64,000 nt of DNA from Nageia nagi (GCA_050084985.1 JBITNC010000001.1:71672001-71736000); one strand, 5' to 3'; positions 14,120 through 28,870 are shown, numbered from the stretch's first letter. The notes: generated by a model from the sequence alone, not told the origin. Translations and numbers: made by a program.

Positions 14120-17100
14120 TCTAACCCATCCAAATTGAATGCATTCTTTTGGATTTCTCAAATGATGGCATATGGGTCGAACCATAAGGAATCAAACTCG
14201 TGATGATGTCTTGGCTTGGTGCAATCCTCATCCCATTTCAACACCAAATCTCCCAACTTGAAAGCAACATTGGACACATACCTCTTGTCAAACCATCTCT
14301 TCATATGGTATTCCTCTTCTAAATTTCTCTATACAAATTCTCTCAAAGCTCATCTAGGTAAATAAGACCAAAATTTCTTACTTGCAATGGATCTATATCA
14401 TCCATGTCATATCAATTAAGTAGTTGCAAGGTAGGTAACTTGATGTGAGATGAAAGTATTGCTCATTTTCCATATACTAGGATATAAGGGGAATTTTTAA
14501 TTAATGATTTGTATATGATTGATCAATCCATAATGCTAGGTCGAGCTTCTTATCCCAATCCTTATATTTTTCAATTATTGTCCTCTTCAAGTTTTTTATA
14601 AAAAATTTTATTTGTTGACTCAACCAATATGTTACCCTATGAGTAGTAATTAGAAGAGGTATTCCAATATATATCATATTTTATGGAAAATTTTATAACC
14701 TTAGCTCCTAGAAATACTAGACCATTGTCAGATATAATAGTTTGTGGGTTGCCAAACCTTGTAATAATCTTCTCCATAAAAGAGATGAGTGTATCATGAT
14801 CTTCATGCTTGGTAGAAAAAGACTCCATCCATCTTGTGAAATAGTCTATAGCTATTAAGATGAACCTTTTTTTGGCTAAGTATAAAATCAAGGCCCCATT
14901 ATTGAAAATGTTCTTTTATTGTAATAGCATGCAACAGCTTAGCAATCATTCTTATTCTTCCTACAAATCAATGACACTTGTCACATTTTTTGGCAATCTA
15001 GAAAGAATCTATGTAGAAAAAGGGCTAGTAAAAACCTTCCTATAAAATTTTGGCAATAGTTGTATATCCTAAGTAGTGACCTTCATAGAATCCTTAATGA
15101 AACTCTTTTAACACTTCCTCAACTTTCTTTGGATGGATGCATCTCAATAGCATTTCATCATGATTTTTTTGGTATAATACATCTTCTATCATGCAATAAT
15201 TGAGTGCATTTAATTCAAATCTCCTTCTTTGAGAAGCATTAAGCTCAAAATGGAGTCTACCATTAGAAAAATATGTAAAAAGCTGAGTTATCCAATCATC
15301 TAGTTTTTCTAGAACTACTAGAAGTTCTTAATATTCATTTTTTCAATTTCTATAATCATGATATAGTTAAAGCTCTAATCTTGTGCTAATTTTTTATAAA
15401 GAGCTTTCCCCTTAATTATTTTGGTTGTATGTATTTCCACATTGTACTACAAAATCTTAGTGATCTATTTGGATTTGTTGAAATCCATATCACCTTGAAT
15501 AATATAGCTTTGTACATTTGGATGTATAGTAATCACTATGATATTGGTCTTGGAAATATAGTACTTAAATTTATTAAAAGATTTCATGATGGTAAACACT
15601 TATTTCTCAATAAATCCATAACTTTCTTAGGCTTCATGTAGGGTCTAGCTAAAGAAGGCTATGGGATGCTCATTTTCTTTTATTTCAGAACTATGGTAAT
15701 TCTCTTCTCTACTTTGCATCATACAAGATAAAGTCCTTTGAAAATTTTGAATTATTTAAGACTGGATAGGACATAATAGCAAATTTTATCTTTTCAAAAG
15801 CATGCACTTGTTCTAGTGTCCATTTGAAAGGCACATTATTTTTGAGCAATTATGTTATAGGCTAAACAATTTTAGTAAAGTCCTAAATGAATCTTCTTAC
15901 AAAATTAATTTTACCTAAGAAGGCTTGTAGTTTTTTATGTTAAACAAAATAGAAATATTGGATATGGCTTCTTCTCTCTTTGGATCAATGGAGAATCTAT
16001 CTTTTGAAATTACATGCTCAACTTTCCTTAATCAATGACAGAGATGGATTTCTTCAAACTCAATGAAATTTTGAACTCTTAGTGCTTCAAAAAGGTTTCC
16101 TAGAGATGTTGCAAGTGATCACTCTTTCATTTTGAAAAAATTGTAATATCATCTAGGTATACCAAAATAGATTTGTTGATTAATTTTCCAAATACATAAT
16201 CTATTTCCCTCTTAAATATTTCTTTGATATTTGATACACCAAATGGAATTCATTGGAAAGCAAAGGTACTCCATTTTATAGTGAATGCAATTTTGTGTTG
16301 ATTCTTCATCTTTTACCTAAATCTAATTATAGCCAAAGAAACCATCAAGGAGAGAGAAGCATTTGTATCTTGCAATAGTGTGAAGAATATTTTCCATTGG
16401 AGGAAAAGGGTAATTATCCTTAAGTGAGGATCTGTTGAGATTCTAAAAATCTACACACAACCTACTTTCTCCATTCATCTTCCTAAATGGTACTAGATTG
16501 ACTACCCAAGTTGATTATTTGATGGGATAGATGATCTTTGCTTGAAACAACTTTTGGATCTCTTATTACATTATCACTTATATTTTAGGGTTTATCAACC
16601 TTTATTTTTATTAAAAAGGTATTAATCCTTCCTTTAATTCAATGGTGTGTTGGATGACATCTTTATTGAACACCTTCAAGTATTTATAGCTCCAATACAT
16701 GATACCAGCAAACTCCTTCATGAGTTCAACAATCTCCTAAATCTCTTTAGATGAATTACTTAGACTAATCTTCAAAACTTTGTTAAGGCCTATCCAACTC
16801 CTTGAATTTTTTAGGAGGAGACACTATGCTTTCTTTTCTCACTTGATTGTCTTTGTTAAAGAGTTTTTTGAATGCTACAACATCTTTTGGTAAGGTATTA
16901 TTCCTTAATTATAACACATCTTCATCTCTAAAAGCCTCAACCAATGACTCTTGGCTATTTGAACATAACAATTATGTTTCCAATAATCTATTTATGTCTT
17001 CATCACTATTAAACACTTGCCAAAATAGTCATTGTCCAAGACAAAGGGCTTAAGAATTAGTTGGATACCTTTCCTCTTCAACCAATGATGAGTGGGATCA

Positions 17101-18300
17101 AAATTTGATCCTTTTTGAGCTAAGGTATCAGCCTCATTATTCTAATCCCTAGGAACTATAGTGATATTTAAAGCATTGAAACTTTTTAGCAAATACCATA
17201 TTCTATTTTTGTATTTCTTTAGATAATGATGTTTTGTTGAGCACTTATTTTTCACTTGATTAATGATTAACTTTGAATCACCAAAAATAATCAGGCAATT
17301 TATCTTCAATTTATCTATTTATTCTAATTATAAATACAAGGCTTCATATTTTGTTGCATTATTTGTGAAACTTCAAGTCATATGAAAAGAAATATCTCTT
17401 TGTCTTGCTAGTAGGAAACTTCAAAATAACTCCAACAGCAACATCAATCTTTGATTTCACTACATCGAAATACAATTTCCATAACTCCTATTCCCTTAGT
17501 TCTTGAAGGGTAAGGATTAGAAATCAATTATCTCTTCAATAATTACATAATTTCCCATGTCTTTACCCTCAATATGCTTGATCATGAGTTTAAAAACTAA
17601 ATCTATAAAATTCAATTCCATTTTAGCTACATTGGTTAATGTGGCCTGCTTGATTATCAAATTTCCATGCGGGAGTTTCTCTGTGAGAAATCTTGAAGCA
17701 AGCTCATTGTAAACCTTAAATATTTTATTCTTAAATAAAATGATCATGTGGGAATAATCCATAGCTAGATACCTTCCTAGTTTTACGGTGAATTCTCTTT
17801 ATAAGCACAGAATAAACATAGGAGGAAGGTCTACAACTATGACATCCTAGACGATAGAGAATCTTAGACATTTGTGAAGCTTCATTAGGAAATCTTTCAC
17901 TACACCAATAGTTTTGACATTAGTACCATCAAAATGGATAATTCCAAGAGAATCCCTAATATAGGTTAATCATATGACATCAAATACCTTCTTTGACATT
18001 ACAATCATGAATGTCCTTGAGTCTATCATGCAATTGTGTACAATGTATCCTTCAAAATCAAGGGAGATGTAGAAAGGAGGAGGTCTATTCTTACCCCCAT
18101 ACCTAGTAACTTTATAGCTACATCTAGATAAGGTCTATTCTTACCCATACTTGGTAACTTTATAGCTACATCTAGAATATAGTTCCAACTTTCATCTTCT
18201 TTGGTGTGGATCATGAGTGCTACCTTCAATAGGTCAATTTGTCTAAGAATGTGCAAGGCATAAAAGAGTGATGCTCTTTATGGAATATTATTCAACTCAT
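14120..18300 (-). pseudogene. Ty3/gypsy pol remnant, order PR-aRH-RT-RH-INT (TatII-like)
   Basis: HNCMIDSR (protease, ~18030); WKLYFD, TNNATKYEAL and FGDSKLIINQV (aRH, ~17485-17100); RLCVDF*NLN (~16450); ILVYLDDI (~16160); IAIDYFTRW..IITRFGNPQTIISDNG (integrase, 14637-14891). Confidence 0.9.
18082..18177. repeat. 50-bp tandem duplication inside gag-pol
   Basis: ggtctattcttaccc..atac..gtaactttatagctacatctaga occurs twice. Confidence 0.8.
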
Positions 18301-18999
18301 CCATGATGTTATATGGAGAAATGCAAGAACTCTCATTTAAATATTTCTTTTTATAGTACTAAGTTACTTCTTGGGACCTTATTAGTGATGGGTATCTGAA
18401 TCTCTTAGCTTCCTTCTCCCTTTCATAGATTTTTGGGGAAGCAAAAGGTTGATCAATTTATTATTTTCTCAAAACTTATTTTTTTGAAAAAACTTTATTT
18501 GTGGTAGCAAATTCATTGAAAGGCCTCTTTGATCATAACTTAGAATGTGGTACTAATGGTATTTGATTAGAATTGACAAGATTGGATCTATCTCTGAGGT
18601 AGGAACTATCTAGTAGTATAATCAAGTCCCAACTACTTTGTTAGAAGATTTTGGGAGAATCACAAAATTTTCCTTTAATGTTGCTTCATCTACATAATAA
18701 CTAGTATTAACTCCTCTATTAGTTGCTAGCCTCATCTAATTTTGATATATGGGATAAGTATTCTAGACATGAGGATCATTATAGGCTTTGCACCAATCTT
18801 GATTAGGTGGAGGGTTGTATGCCTTCAAGGATATATAGATTTTATCTGATCATGGGGGTTCCCTTTGTTGTATTAGTTGATCTCTAATCAGTAAGGGATA
18901 CCTTCTTTATTTTCTTCCATCATCTCTTTGATCATAATAATCTCTCCTTTGAGCTACTCTCTATTCAATTATCCTTTGGTTTGATAAATTTCTCACTAA

Positions 19000-21900
19000 G
19001 AGACCCTAAGCATCCATATGCACTGCATGTTAGGTGACCCTATGAGACCTCAAGAACCTCAAACATTACAGGTTAGGATACCCTAAGCACCCATGAACAC
19101 CATGCACCAAGAGACCCCTTAATACCCCAAGAATCTTATGCATCATGTGTCATGATACCTTGAGCATGAATCCTCCTCATCACCCATGATGCCCTTTGCA
19201 CTTACAAGACCTTCACTCATGATCTATCCATATGTCCCATGAGGCCCTCTACCCTATGTGTGCATGCTCATGCCTGCACGTTCCTTGTTTACATCCACCC
19301 ATGCCTATGAGCCCTCATTTTCTCTCTACCTATGCACTCCTCTACTTCTATATTCTTACTCGAGTCCATTACCTCCCACCAAAACATTTTGTTAAACACT
19401 TCACATTCTTCCTACTAGACTATCTATGTTTTTTGTTAAATAGCTATTTTTGGAGACACCATGGTAGCTCTTATAGAGATTTTTGATCACTTTGGCTTAC
19501 CCCCAACTGATAAGGAGAATATAGCAAGAGAGTGACTTCTTATTGATCATTGTAATGTGGATGCTTGGGATAAATTTATGAGTGAAGTCCAACAAAGGCC
19601 CATTTCTAAGATAGAACCTATATATTAATAGCTACTTATTGTATTCCCCATATATGCCAAATATTGGAAACTCTATGCAGAGGCACAATGCAACAAGATA
19701 ATTATTCAATCATTACTACTTCAATTATCTTCACAATTTGATAGAGTTGATGGCCTCCCTCATGGAAATAAACTCTAAAAAAAAATTCTTATTACCACTC
19801 TACAAACAACTCAAGTCCAAGAATAGGAAAATAGAATAAAAATTATAGAGAGAATCTAAACCCCTTCTACTAATAAATTCCACCAAGTATAATAGCTTCA
19901 TGAATCTTTCTTTGAGATCAAAATCAAACAATATGCAATCACTTCTCAGTAGGAATAATTTATATATACCACTACAACCCAATAATAATCAAAGAAAAAA
20001 TAGGTGGAGGATCAAACCTCTTGGGTACAAGTAGCTAAAGGCAAGAAAACTTCTCCACTTGTAAATCTCATGGTGAATGTAAAATTTGAAGAAGAATGGT
20101 TTTGTCAACTAAAAGCTCTTAATTTGAGAGTTAGAGGAATACCAAAATCCCAAGACACTCAAAAGGCTAGTCTTGATTTTCTTCATGATACATTAGAGTT
20201 GCAGAATATCACACTATAGAAAGATTGGTTCACCCAGGATAAATCTCTTATCAACCACTTTCATTTAGTAGTAAATCATTTCCAATCCCTTAGAGAGAAA
20301 AAGAAATTATTCTCTCTCTACCAAGATCTACTTGGATGTTGATCTCACTCACATCTAGGTTGATGAGCTTTGGAAAGCTAGAGCATTGGTAGTAGTAGCC
20401 AAGAGATTGCAAGGTAATCATCTGTGACACCTCCCTATATGTTGGGTTCACCCCAAACCTCTATAATGATGCTAATATGATACCCATGTAGTACTCACAT
20501 TTATATTTTAGAACTGTAATAGCATGATTTGATCTTCACCTAGATCAGTTTGTAACATCATTCATAATACATACTTAATTCTTTTAAAAGAGACACATGA
20601 TAGCATTATCAAGGGTCTTTCCCCCTTCATTGGTTATTTTTGGATCTCTACATTTAATACATCTACACACTAGGGTAGATACAAGCATGGATCAGGAGGG
20701 GTAGCCTTCTTGGTCAATGATAGCTTGCATCATAGGATGTAGGTGGAAGGGATTGAAACACATGCATGATACATTTGGTTATCCATTGTGAGACCACCAC
20801 CTCTCTGAAGACTCTACACAGCAGGTTGTTATTTCCCTCTAAGGACCTCACATTATGCCATCCATGAGCAGGGTGAGTCTCCATTTCTGTACCTCTTCCC
20901 TGAGATCTCTAGATATGTAGTATAGGGGGATATCATCTTGGAAGGGTATTTCAATGGTAGGATAAGAAGTCTCTAGATATAGGATTTTAATGAGCAAGCA
21001 TATCCTATCCACCTTAAGGCTTTAGAGTAAGATGTTGAAATCTAATAAGCATATGATGATACTATGCCTACACTAGCCTATGGTATATCTCTTCTTGAGA
21101 TTGGAGAGACCCATGACCTCATCATTCTAAATGGTATTGCTCAATTTCTTAACTCTGGGCATCACACATATTTTCCTTATGCATGTGGATCTACTGTTGT
21201 GGACTACATCCTTGTTAGACCCCCACTTGTTTCCCTATGCTAGACCTTACATGTAGCCCCTTATCTCCCCCACATCAACCATACCCACTTGACACTTTCA
21301 CTCATATACTCCCCCTCCTCGTCACCCCCATTTCAACCCATCACCCCACCCCTCACACCTTATACAATCATCCACTTTGATAGGACTCTTACCTCAAATT
21401 ATAGTTTTATCTTGAAATAAAAACTTCCCTATATGAACTCTTTCTCCTCCATTAATGATTAGTCATTTTTCCTTTTTTATACCTTACAATCCATTATCAT
21501 GTAGATTTTCCCTCACACCATCCACCCCCCATCCTACCCTTGACATATTGGCCATTTCCTGGTGAACTAATGGTTCAATGCAGAATGTAAATCTAGCCAC
21601 TGCCAACTCAAAAAGGCCATCATCTTTGTAAAACCCCCTCATGTCATCCATTACCTACACTGCTCTTACTATTACCTCTTGTGAACCAAGAAGCATCACT
21701 TCTTTCCAAAAGATGATAAGAAATTATCTCAACACTCCATAATGATCCCAAATCTTTCTGACACTCTTTCTTACCTAGAATATACAACACTAACCACATC
21801 ACCTTACAAGATTGGAACATTTATGCCTCTTAGATCTAAATCAATCCCAACCACATCCCTTCACCTATCATCACTTGCCCTTCGTCCTTTGACTTCTTTT

Positions 21901-24310
21901 TCCCTCTCTTTTCCATAAATCCATATTTAAGCTTAGTTCTAGGAAAGCACCTAACATCAAAAACCTTCAAGCTAAATATCTCAAACATGCTAGTTTTGTC
22001 TTGCCCCCTTCCTCTCCCATCTCTTTAATACCATCATTTGCACTAGCTTCCCCACCACTTGGACCCTGAACATTATCCATCCCATCCACAAATTAGGTGA
22101 CCCTTATGATCTAAGCAATTACCATACCATTATGATTTACCACACTATGGTCAAGCTTTATGTAACCATTCTTGAGGACTACACATCTTAGATAAAAGAT
22201 TCTAGATGCATTAAAGTAAGAGGATAGGTAAGTTTTTACAATATCACCATACCACCAACCACATTCTCACTCTTTGAGCAATTATTAAGGAGGCCAAGTT
22301 TTTGAAGAACCTCATTTTTAGCTACTTTGTAGATTTTAGGAAGGCTTTTGATACTTTCCTACATCATAGACTCATGGATAGAATTAGATGATTGGGGATC
22401 CTTGAGTTAAGCCTTATAGCCATCTTAACTCTATACAAGTTAGTTTCTAAAAGGGTGCATACTACAAAAGGCTTATCTAAAATGATTCATACCACCATTA
22501 AGATGAAGTAGGGTTGCTTGCTTTCTTCAACTCTCTTTGATCTCTATATTAATGACTTAGAGTCACTTATACTCGATACTACTAGCATTAACATTAGATG
22601 TCTTCTCCATAACACTTTGTTCCCATCCTCCTCTTTATTGATGATATTGTACTACTCTCACACATAATAGAGGGTCTTCAATATTTGATGGATACCCTTG
22701 ATTTATTTAGCACTATACAAGACTTGGTGGTTAATCTCAACAAAATTAATATTATGGTATTCAACACCTTGAAGAATATTTTTGATCAAACTCAAATCAT
22801 TTAAAGAGAAATTTATTGAGACTACCACATCCTACACCTACTTGGGAATTATCTTCATGGGACCTTGATTCTCCATGCAAGTGACAAACCCACCCAAAGT
22901 ATGATGATGATATGCTATAATTTTCTTCTTGGAGAGATAGTGTATCTAACTCCATTTCCATGATATCCCATCCAAGCTCTAATTACTTCATACTTTGGTC
23001 ACTCCCATAATATTGTATAGTTTCAAGGTTTGGAGCCCTAGCTTAAGGAGCTCAAATTGGAACATAATCGAGAGGATATTAGTTTGTACTCTATTGCACT
23101 CTATTTAGAGAAAGATTTATTTAGTACCATATTATGTTGGTAGAGTTTGGCTACCAACTTTATAGATACAATCACTTGCATTGATGGTACTTTTTCTTCA
23201 TCATCTCCACACCTTTTCTTCTATGGGTAGATAGGACTGACACCCCTTCAAAGCCTTGGCATCATCCATAGACTTGGTAGCTTAGGTTTATCGTTGGTGT
23301 TGGTTCTCTAAGGCCTATGAGGTATTGCAACACTTTGAGTTTTCATCAAACTAGCTACTTATACCCTAGGGAGACACACATAGAGACTTAGATGTTACAT
23401 TATCTTTGATTAGATACATGCTTTACAAGGCCTATATTCAATGAACTTGGGCTTCCCCTAGTCTCCCCTCATACCCAAATTATTGCACTACTCTCATCAC
23501 TTCCTAAGGATTGTTATAGGGTTGATTTGACCCCTTGATTATGTCCATCTACACCTCCTTCTTAGCTTGCAAATGTTTCTAGGCTAGTTCAGAGTGTTTT
23601 CCCATTAGCTTTGGATCAAGATAAATCATAATTTGGCGTGTGAGCTTCAAGGTTATTGATTGTACTTAATAGATCCTAAGATTGAGGATCATTCAATCTT
23701 CATATGTTTGATTTATTATGAGATTCAAGGATGATATCACTATATTTTTTGGGATGCTTATAGCTTGATCTCAACATTCTTTCAGTTCCTAGACCACCAT
23801 TGTTTGGCACTCTATCTCAGAGAGACTTTCCTTCTCAATAAACATCTATTATCTACCTCCTAGCACCCAATAGGTGATCACTTGATTACCTCTTTCTTCT
23901 TAGTTACCTTGGGAGAGGGAGTTCATAGGAGGAGGATTGAGAAATCACCTTGACCTACTCCACATACTAGATAGAGAGTGCATACTAACCTTAGTGCTTT
24001 AAGGTCATAATAGATCATGACCTTCTTTAGCTATAGCAGCTTTGATGCAAACACAAATGAGATTAGGAGTGCACAATCAAACAGATCATGATACCTCTCC
24101 TCTAACCATGTTTACCTATTATGTTTATTTTTTTGACTATTTATTTTCTTTTAAGGATAAGCCCCTATATTATTCTTAGACTTCTCATAGTTTGCTTTAA
24201 GTGAGGGCCACTAAGCCCATCATGTTGCTTTAGACTTGTATACCCTTCAGTCCCATTGATCACTTTTGTTCATCTATGGATATTAATATAAATTTTTTCT
24301 TTCTTTCATC
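19000..24310 (+). mobile_element. Decayed LINE (ORF1 remnant plus APE-RT-CCHC ORF2) inserted into the Gypsy gag
   Basis: ORF1-like QLKALNLRVRGIP (20004-20219). APE motifs HGSGG, (D)FNGR and VVDYIL. RT motifs FVDFRKAFDT at 22326-22355, (Q)GCLLSSTLF and LFIDDI at 22631-22648. C-terminal EDH..YYEI. The 3' end is aatataaa plus (tttc)n near 24310. Confidence 0.88.
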
Positions 24311-24319
24311 AAAGATTAA

Positions 24320-25155
24320 AATTCAACAATATTCATCTAGTTGGCATTCTCTTATTGTTGCACACTATTGTTGGGGATAGGTGCATGGAGCACCAATTAT
24401 GGAATAAGTATAGGTAAGAAAAGTTATGGTTCCAGAGCAAGCAAAGCAATTTGAGGTTGTGATGATGGTAATTGCAACTAGGGTGCTTGAGCTACAGGTG
24501 GTAAAGGATAATTTTGTGTTAGAGGTTGCATGGAAGAGGAAGGTGCATATGTCATAGGTGTAAATAGTCTAGGAAGGAGTTTCCTTACTGAAATGAGGGC
24601 AAATTTAGCTTGTAAGGTAGCTTCATAGATCTCAAAAAATTATTGATGATCAACCATATAGATTATAGCAGCTATATCTAGAGTAAAATCTCTAAGATAA
24701 AATCTTAAATCCATGGAAGAGTGTGGTCTCATATCTAAAGGAATTCTAACCCAAGATTTAGCAAATCTAAGGTTGAAATTTGATATATTCTCCATAGGAT
24801 CTCTTTGAATGATAGTAAATTGAGATAGCAAAGAGTAAGAATCACCAACCTCATTAAACTCTAGAATCATAGGTTTTACAAGCTAAGCCCATGTGGATAT
24901 GGAATTGGTTGGAAGCATTTGGTACTAGTCAAGAACTTTACCAGAGAGAGACATAGCAAGTAATCTGAGCATCACATCTTTATAGACTATGTTATGCTCC
25001 TTCATCATCTTCATAATATTTTGATAAAGTTCATAAGTAGTTTTTCCATAACCATCCCAATGTTGCAAAGCTTTAGCTGTGTGCCCTAAAATCTCATGGG
25101 GATTCATAATATCAAGAGCTCCAAAAGCATTCCAATCTAGGTAGACTCTCAAGGT
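24320..25155 (-). pseudogene. Gypsy gag remnant of the TatII-like element
   Basis: DVMLRLLAMSLSGKVLD*YQMLPTNSISTW and QRDPMENISNFNLRF (Retrotrans_gag-like), on the same strand as pol. Confidence 0.8.
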
Positions 25156-25160
25156 ATGGC

Positions 25161-27275
25161 TTATTGAGCTATTTAAATAGGTTGATTGATTCTATTCCTT
25201 CATCTATGAGGTGAAATTGAATTCAATGCAGTGGTGGTCAAACTATCCCAATTGATCAATCAATTAGTACTATAACTGAATAATAAGTTCATAGAGTATA
25301 GATGGTGTACCAATCTAACTAATCACTATGTAACATACTAATTTGTACTGCATCATCATATTTTGCTGATTTCTTTATTTTTAGCTTTATTTGATCTTAT
25401 GTTAAGTTTATATGGTTATTACACTTTATAGGGATGATGAAAACTATATTTAGACTATTCTAGATAGGATTGGGAGTCTATTTGTGTGTGTTTTATTGGA
25501 TCTTGATCAAATTGTACTAAGGGTTAAGCATATCTTCTCAACCACTCTAGTCTATGTTGAGCTCAATCCTTGAGCTATATATACGTGTAAGCATTTCATT
25601 TTTTCATAATAAGAATTATCTCATTATGGTATCAAAGCTTTTAGATCCATTCAGTTAGAGGATAGCTTATGGGTTCATTTATAAAAATTAAAAACTTCTT
25701 GTGAGTTATAATCCCAAAGTTTGTTGATTTATTGGAGAAGAAATGGTTACCAACAACAACACCTTGCCCATTCCTAAGTTTAATGGAGAGGAGTATGAGT
25801 ATTATTCCATTAAGATGAAGACACTCCTCATAGGTAGGGATTATGGGATATCATTAAAGAAGGATTAAGTGAGCCACAAGACTTGAATATTCTTCAAGGC
25901 AATGATAAGAATGTAAATAAAGAGGATCAAAAGAAGAACTCTTTTTCTCTCTACCATCTTTAGAAAAGCTTGGATAAGAGTATCTTTCCAATGATACCTT
26001 CTTGTGTTTGAACCAAAGATGCTTGGAAAGTACTACAAGAAATTTATCAAGGAAGCACACAAGTGAAGCAAATGAGGCTTCAAATATTGAAGGGACATTT
26101 TTAGAATATCATAATGAAAGAGGAAGAGAGTGTGGGAAACTACTATGTAAGCATTAAAACTTATGTTATGAAGATGAGAACACTTGGTGAAATCATTTCT
26201 AATGAAGTAATGATGAAAAAAGTGTTGAAATCACTACTTCCAAGATAGAATAATATAGCCATTATCATTGAAGAGAGCAAAGAATTATCTACTTAACTTT
26301 GATATGCTCATTTTTTCCTTGATGAGCTAAGGCATTGTAACACCTTAGATAATATTATTGATATTTTCATTAAGGGAGTTACCAAAGCTAAGTTTATGAA
26401 GCTGAGGACTTTGTTATTGAGTACTCTTAGCATCAAAGGGGAGAATGTTGGACTTTCAACCACTCTAAGCTTTGTATTTCTAAAACTTTGACTCTTTATT
26501 TATAATCAATAAGGACAAGTCTAGCTAATCCAACTAATCAATTGGTCATTACTACATAACAAGCCAATTGATTCATAGAATACAAATGTTATATCGATCT
26601 AACTAACTAATTTGCAACATAAATATCAGTACTACATTATTAGATTTAGCTAATTTATTCATTTTTAGCTTTGTTTGATCTTGTGTTAATTTTAAATGGT
26701 TGTTACACTTTGTAGGGATGATAACAACTATGTTTAGACTATTCTAGATAGGATTGAGAGTCTATCTAAATGTGTTTTATTAGATTTTGATCGTATTTTA
26801 ATAATGATTGAACATATCTTCTCAACTATTAATTTATGTTAAGCTCAATCCTTAAGCTATATATACTTGTAAGCATTTCATTTTTCATAATGAGAATTAT
26901 CTCACCCTTGGTTAACTAATCGATACTACATAACTGGCCAACCAATTCATAGAGTATAGATGGTATACCGATCTAACTAATTAATCTATAACATAAAAAT
27001 AAGTACTACATTGTTAAATTTAATCAATTTATTCATTTTTATCTTTGTTTGATCTTATGTTAAGTTTAGATGGTTGTTATACTTTGTAGGGATGATAACA
27101 ACTATGTTTAAATTATTCTAGATAAGATTAAGATTCTATTTAAGTGTGCTTTATTGGATTTTGATCATATTATAATGGTTGAACATATCTTCTCAACTAC
27201 TAATTTATGTTGAGCTCAATCCTTAAGCTATATATACTTGTAAGCATTTCATTTTTCATAATGAGAATTATTTCA
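25161..27275 (+). mobile_element. Internally deleted Copia: 5' LTR, PBS, gag N-terminus fused to RH tail, PPT, 3' LTR, plus a tandem partial LTR copy
   Basis: The LTR ends tctca at 25623. PBS tggtatcaaagc at 25627-25638 (tRNA-iMet type). gag PKFNGEEYEYYSIKMKTLL; RH tail IDIFIKG..KFMKLRTLL. PPT at 26435-26445; 3' LTR 26446-26904; extra copy to 27275 (period 371). The 5' start is approximate. Confidence 0.85.
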
Positions 27276-27570
27276 CCCCTCTTTTCTCCCAATCCCACCC
27301 TCCTCTCTCACCCTCTCCCACCCTCCTCCATCCCCCTTGCCCTCTCCCCCTCTCCTTTGTCCCCATCATCCTCTCCCCCCTTACATGCCCCCTCCCTCAC
27401 CCTCTCTCTTTCGTACCCCCCTTCCCTTTCCTACCACCCCTACCCCCTTTTACTCCCCCACTAACACCCTTTACCCCTCCCCTCTCCCACTACATCCCTC
27501 CCCTTGCCCACTCCACCCTCCTCCATCCCCCTCGCTCCCTCTACCACCCTTACCCCCTTTCTCTCCCCCA
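27276..27570. repeat. ~300-bp C/T-rich low-complexity tract
   Basis: Nearly pure pyrimidine with many CCCC runs, followed by (TA)n near 27599. Confidence 0.9.
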
Positions 27571-27743
27571 TTAATAGTATTAAAAATTAAAAACTTAGAT
27601 TATATATATATATATATATAATATCTTGTTATTTAACTAAGTATGTTTACATGTAAAAACTACAAAAGTGAGGTGTTCCTACTAATACTCAAATCTTCAA
27701 AACAGAATTAAGTCTTCATGTACATTTATGTATATAAAAAATC

Positions 27744-28235
27744 TTAATCCATTATCTATATGATCATAATATATAGAGAATAACAATCCAATAAATACTC
27801 TCAAATGCTAAAGAGATAAATAATATATTTAGAGGAAATTTATTTTCTAAACTTTGCTTTAATAAGTTTGATTTAGTTTTATTCCATTCTTGTATAATCA
27901 AATTTATGCATAAAAAATGATAAAGGCTAATAAATCATAACTAGTTATCCCTTAATGAACTATTCAAAAACCAATAAACACCAATTCTATAAACCTAATC
28001 CATTACCTATATTACCATAATATATGGAGAATAACATTCCAATAGACACTCTCAAACCCTAAAGAGATAAATAATATGTTTAGAGGAAAGTTCTTTTTTA
28101 AAACTTTGATTTAGTAAGTTTGATCAAGATTTATTTCATTCTTGCATAATCAAATTTATGCATAAAGAATGATACAAGACTAATAAACCATAACTTGTTA
28201 TCCCTTAATGAACTATTCAAACACTAATTCTATAA
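27744..28235. repeat. ~250-bp tandem duplication
   Basis: taatccatta..gagaataaca..agagataaataatat..tttagaggaaa..cccttaatgaactattcaaa occurs at ~27744 and ~27995. Confidence 0.85.
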
Positions 28236-28870
28236 ATAACAAAAACCACTGAACTAACCCTATTGACAAAGTCTTGTATATAAATACACCATCAAACTAA
28301 CTCGATTATATAAATAACAAATACCACTAAACCATCATATGATCCTCTTTAAATTATCTTATATGGATTGAAAAGTTTAAAATACAAAATAAAGATTTAA
28401 TCATAATAAACCATGTAATTAAATATATAATGAATTGAAAATATTACACACCTCAAATGAAGGTGTTTTCCATCAAGGGTGTGAGTGAAGAAGTTATATA
28501 TTAATTGTGTTAGAAATAATATTTAAAATACATAAATGATAGGTTGGGACCAAGCATGGAATTTGATGATCTATAGACCATATTTTGCATTTGAAATCCT
28601 AAAATACAATTTTATTTTTTTATTGACCATAGATTTCGACTTGTTATTTTTTATAAAATCGTAAATTTTACAAATGAATATATTTAAAAATCGTAGACAT
28701 TATGTATATATATATATATAGATATATATATGTATATATACAATATATATAAAGTTCTATATAATTTTTTACTAAATTGAAATGGTTGATACTAAGATTA
28801 AAATTGGAGTGGTGTAATAAGTAGCAATAATAGCATATGCATGTAACGAATTGTTAACCAGTAGACTAGT

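Noticed and set aside
25627-25638. tRNA gene
   Set aside because: It is only a 12-nt primer-binding site.
27207-27621. Proline-rich or extensin-like ORFs
   Set aside because: They are a by-product of the C-rich low-complexity tract and start inside an LTR copy.
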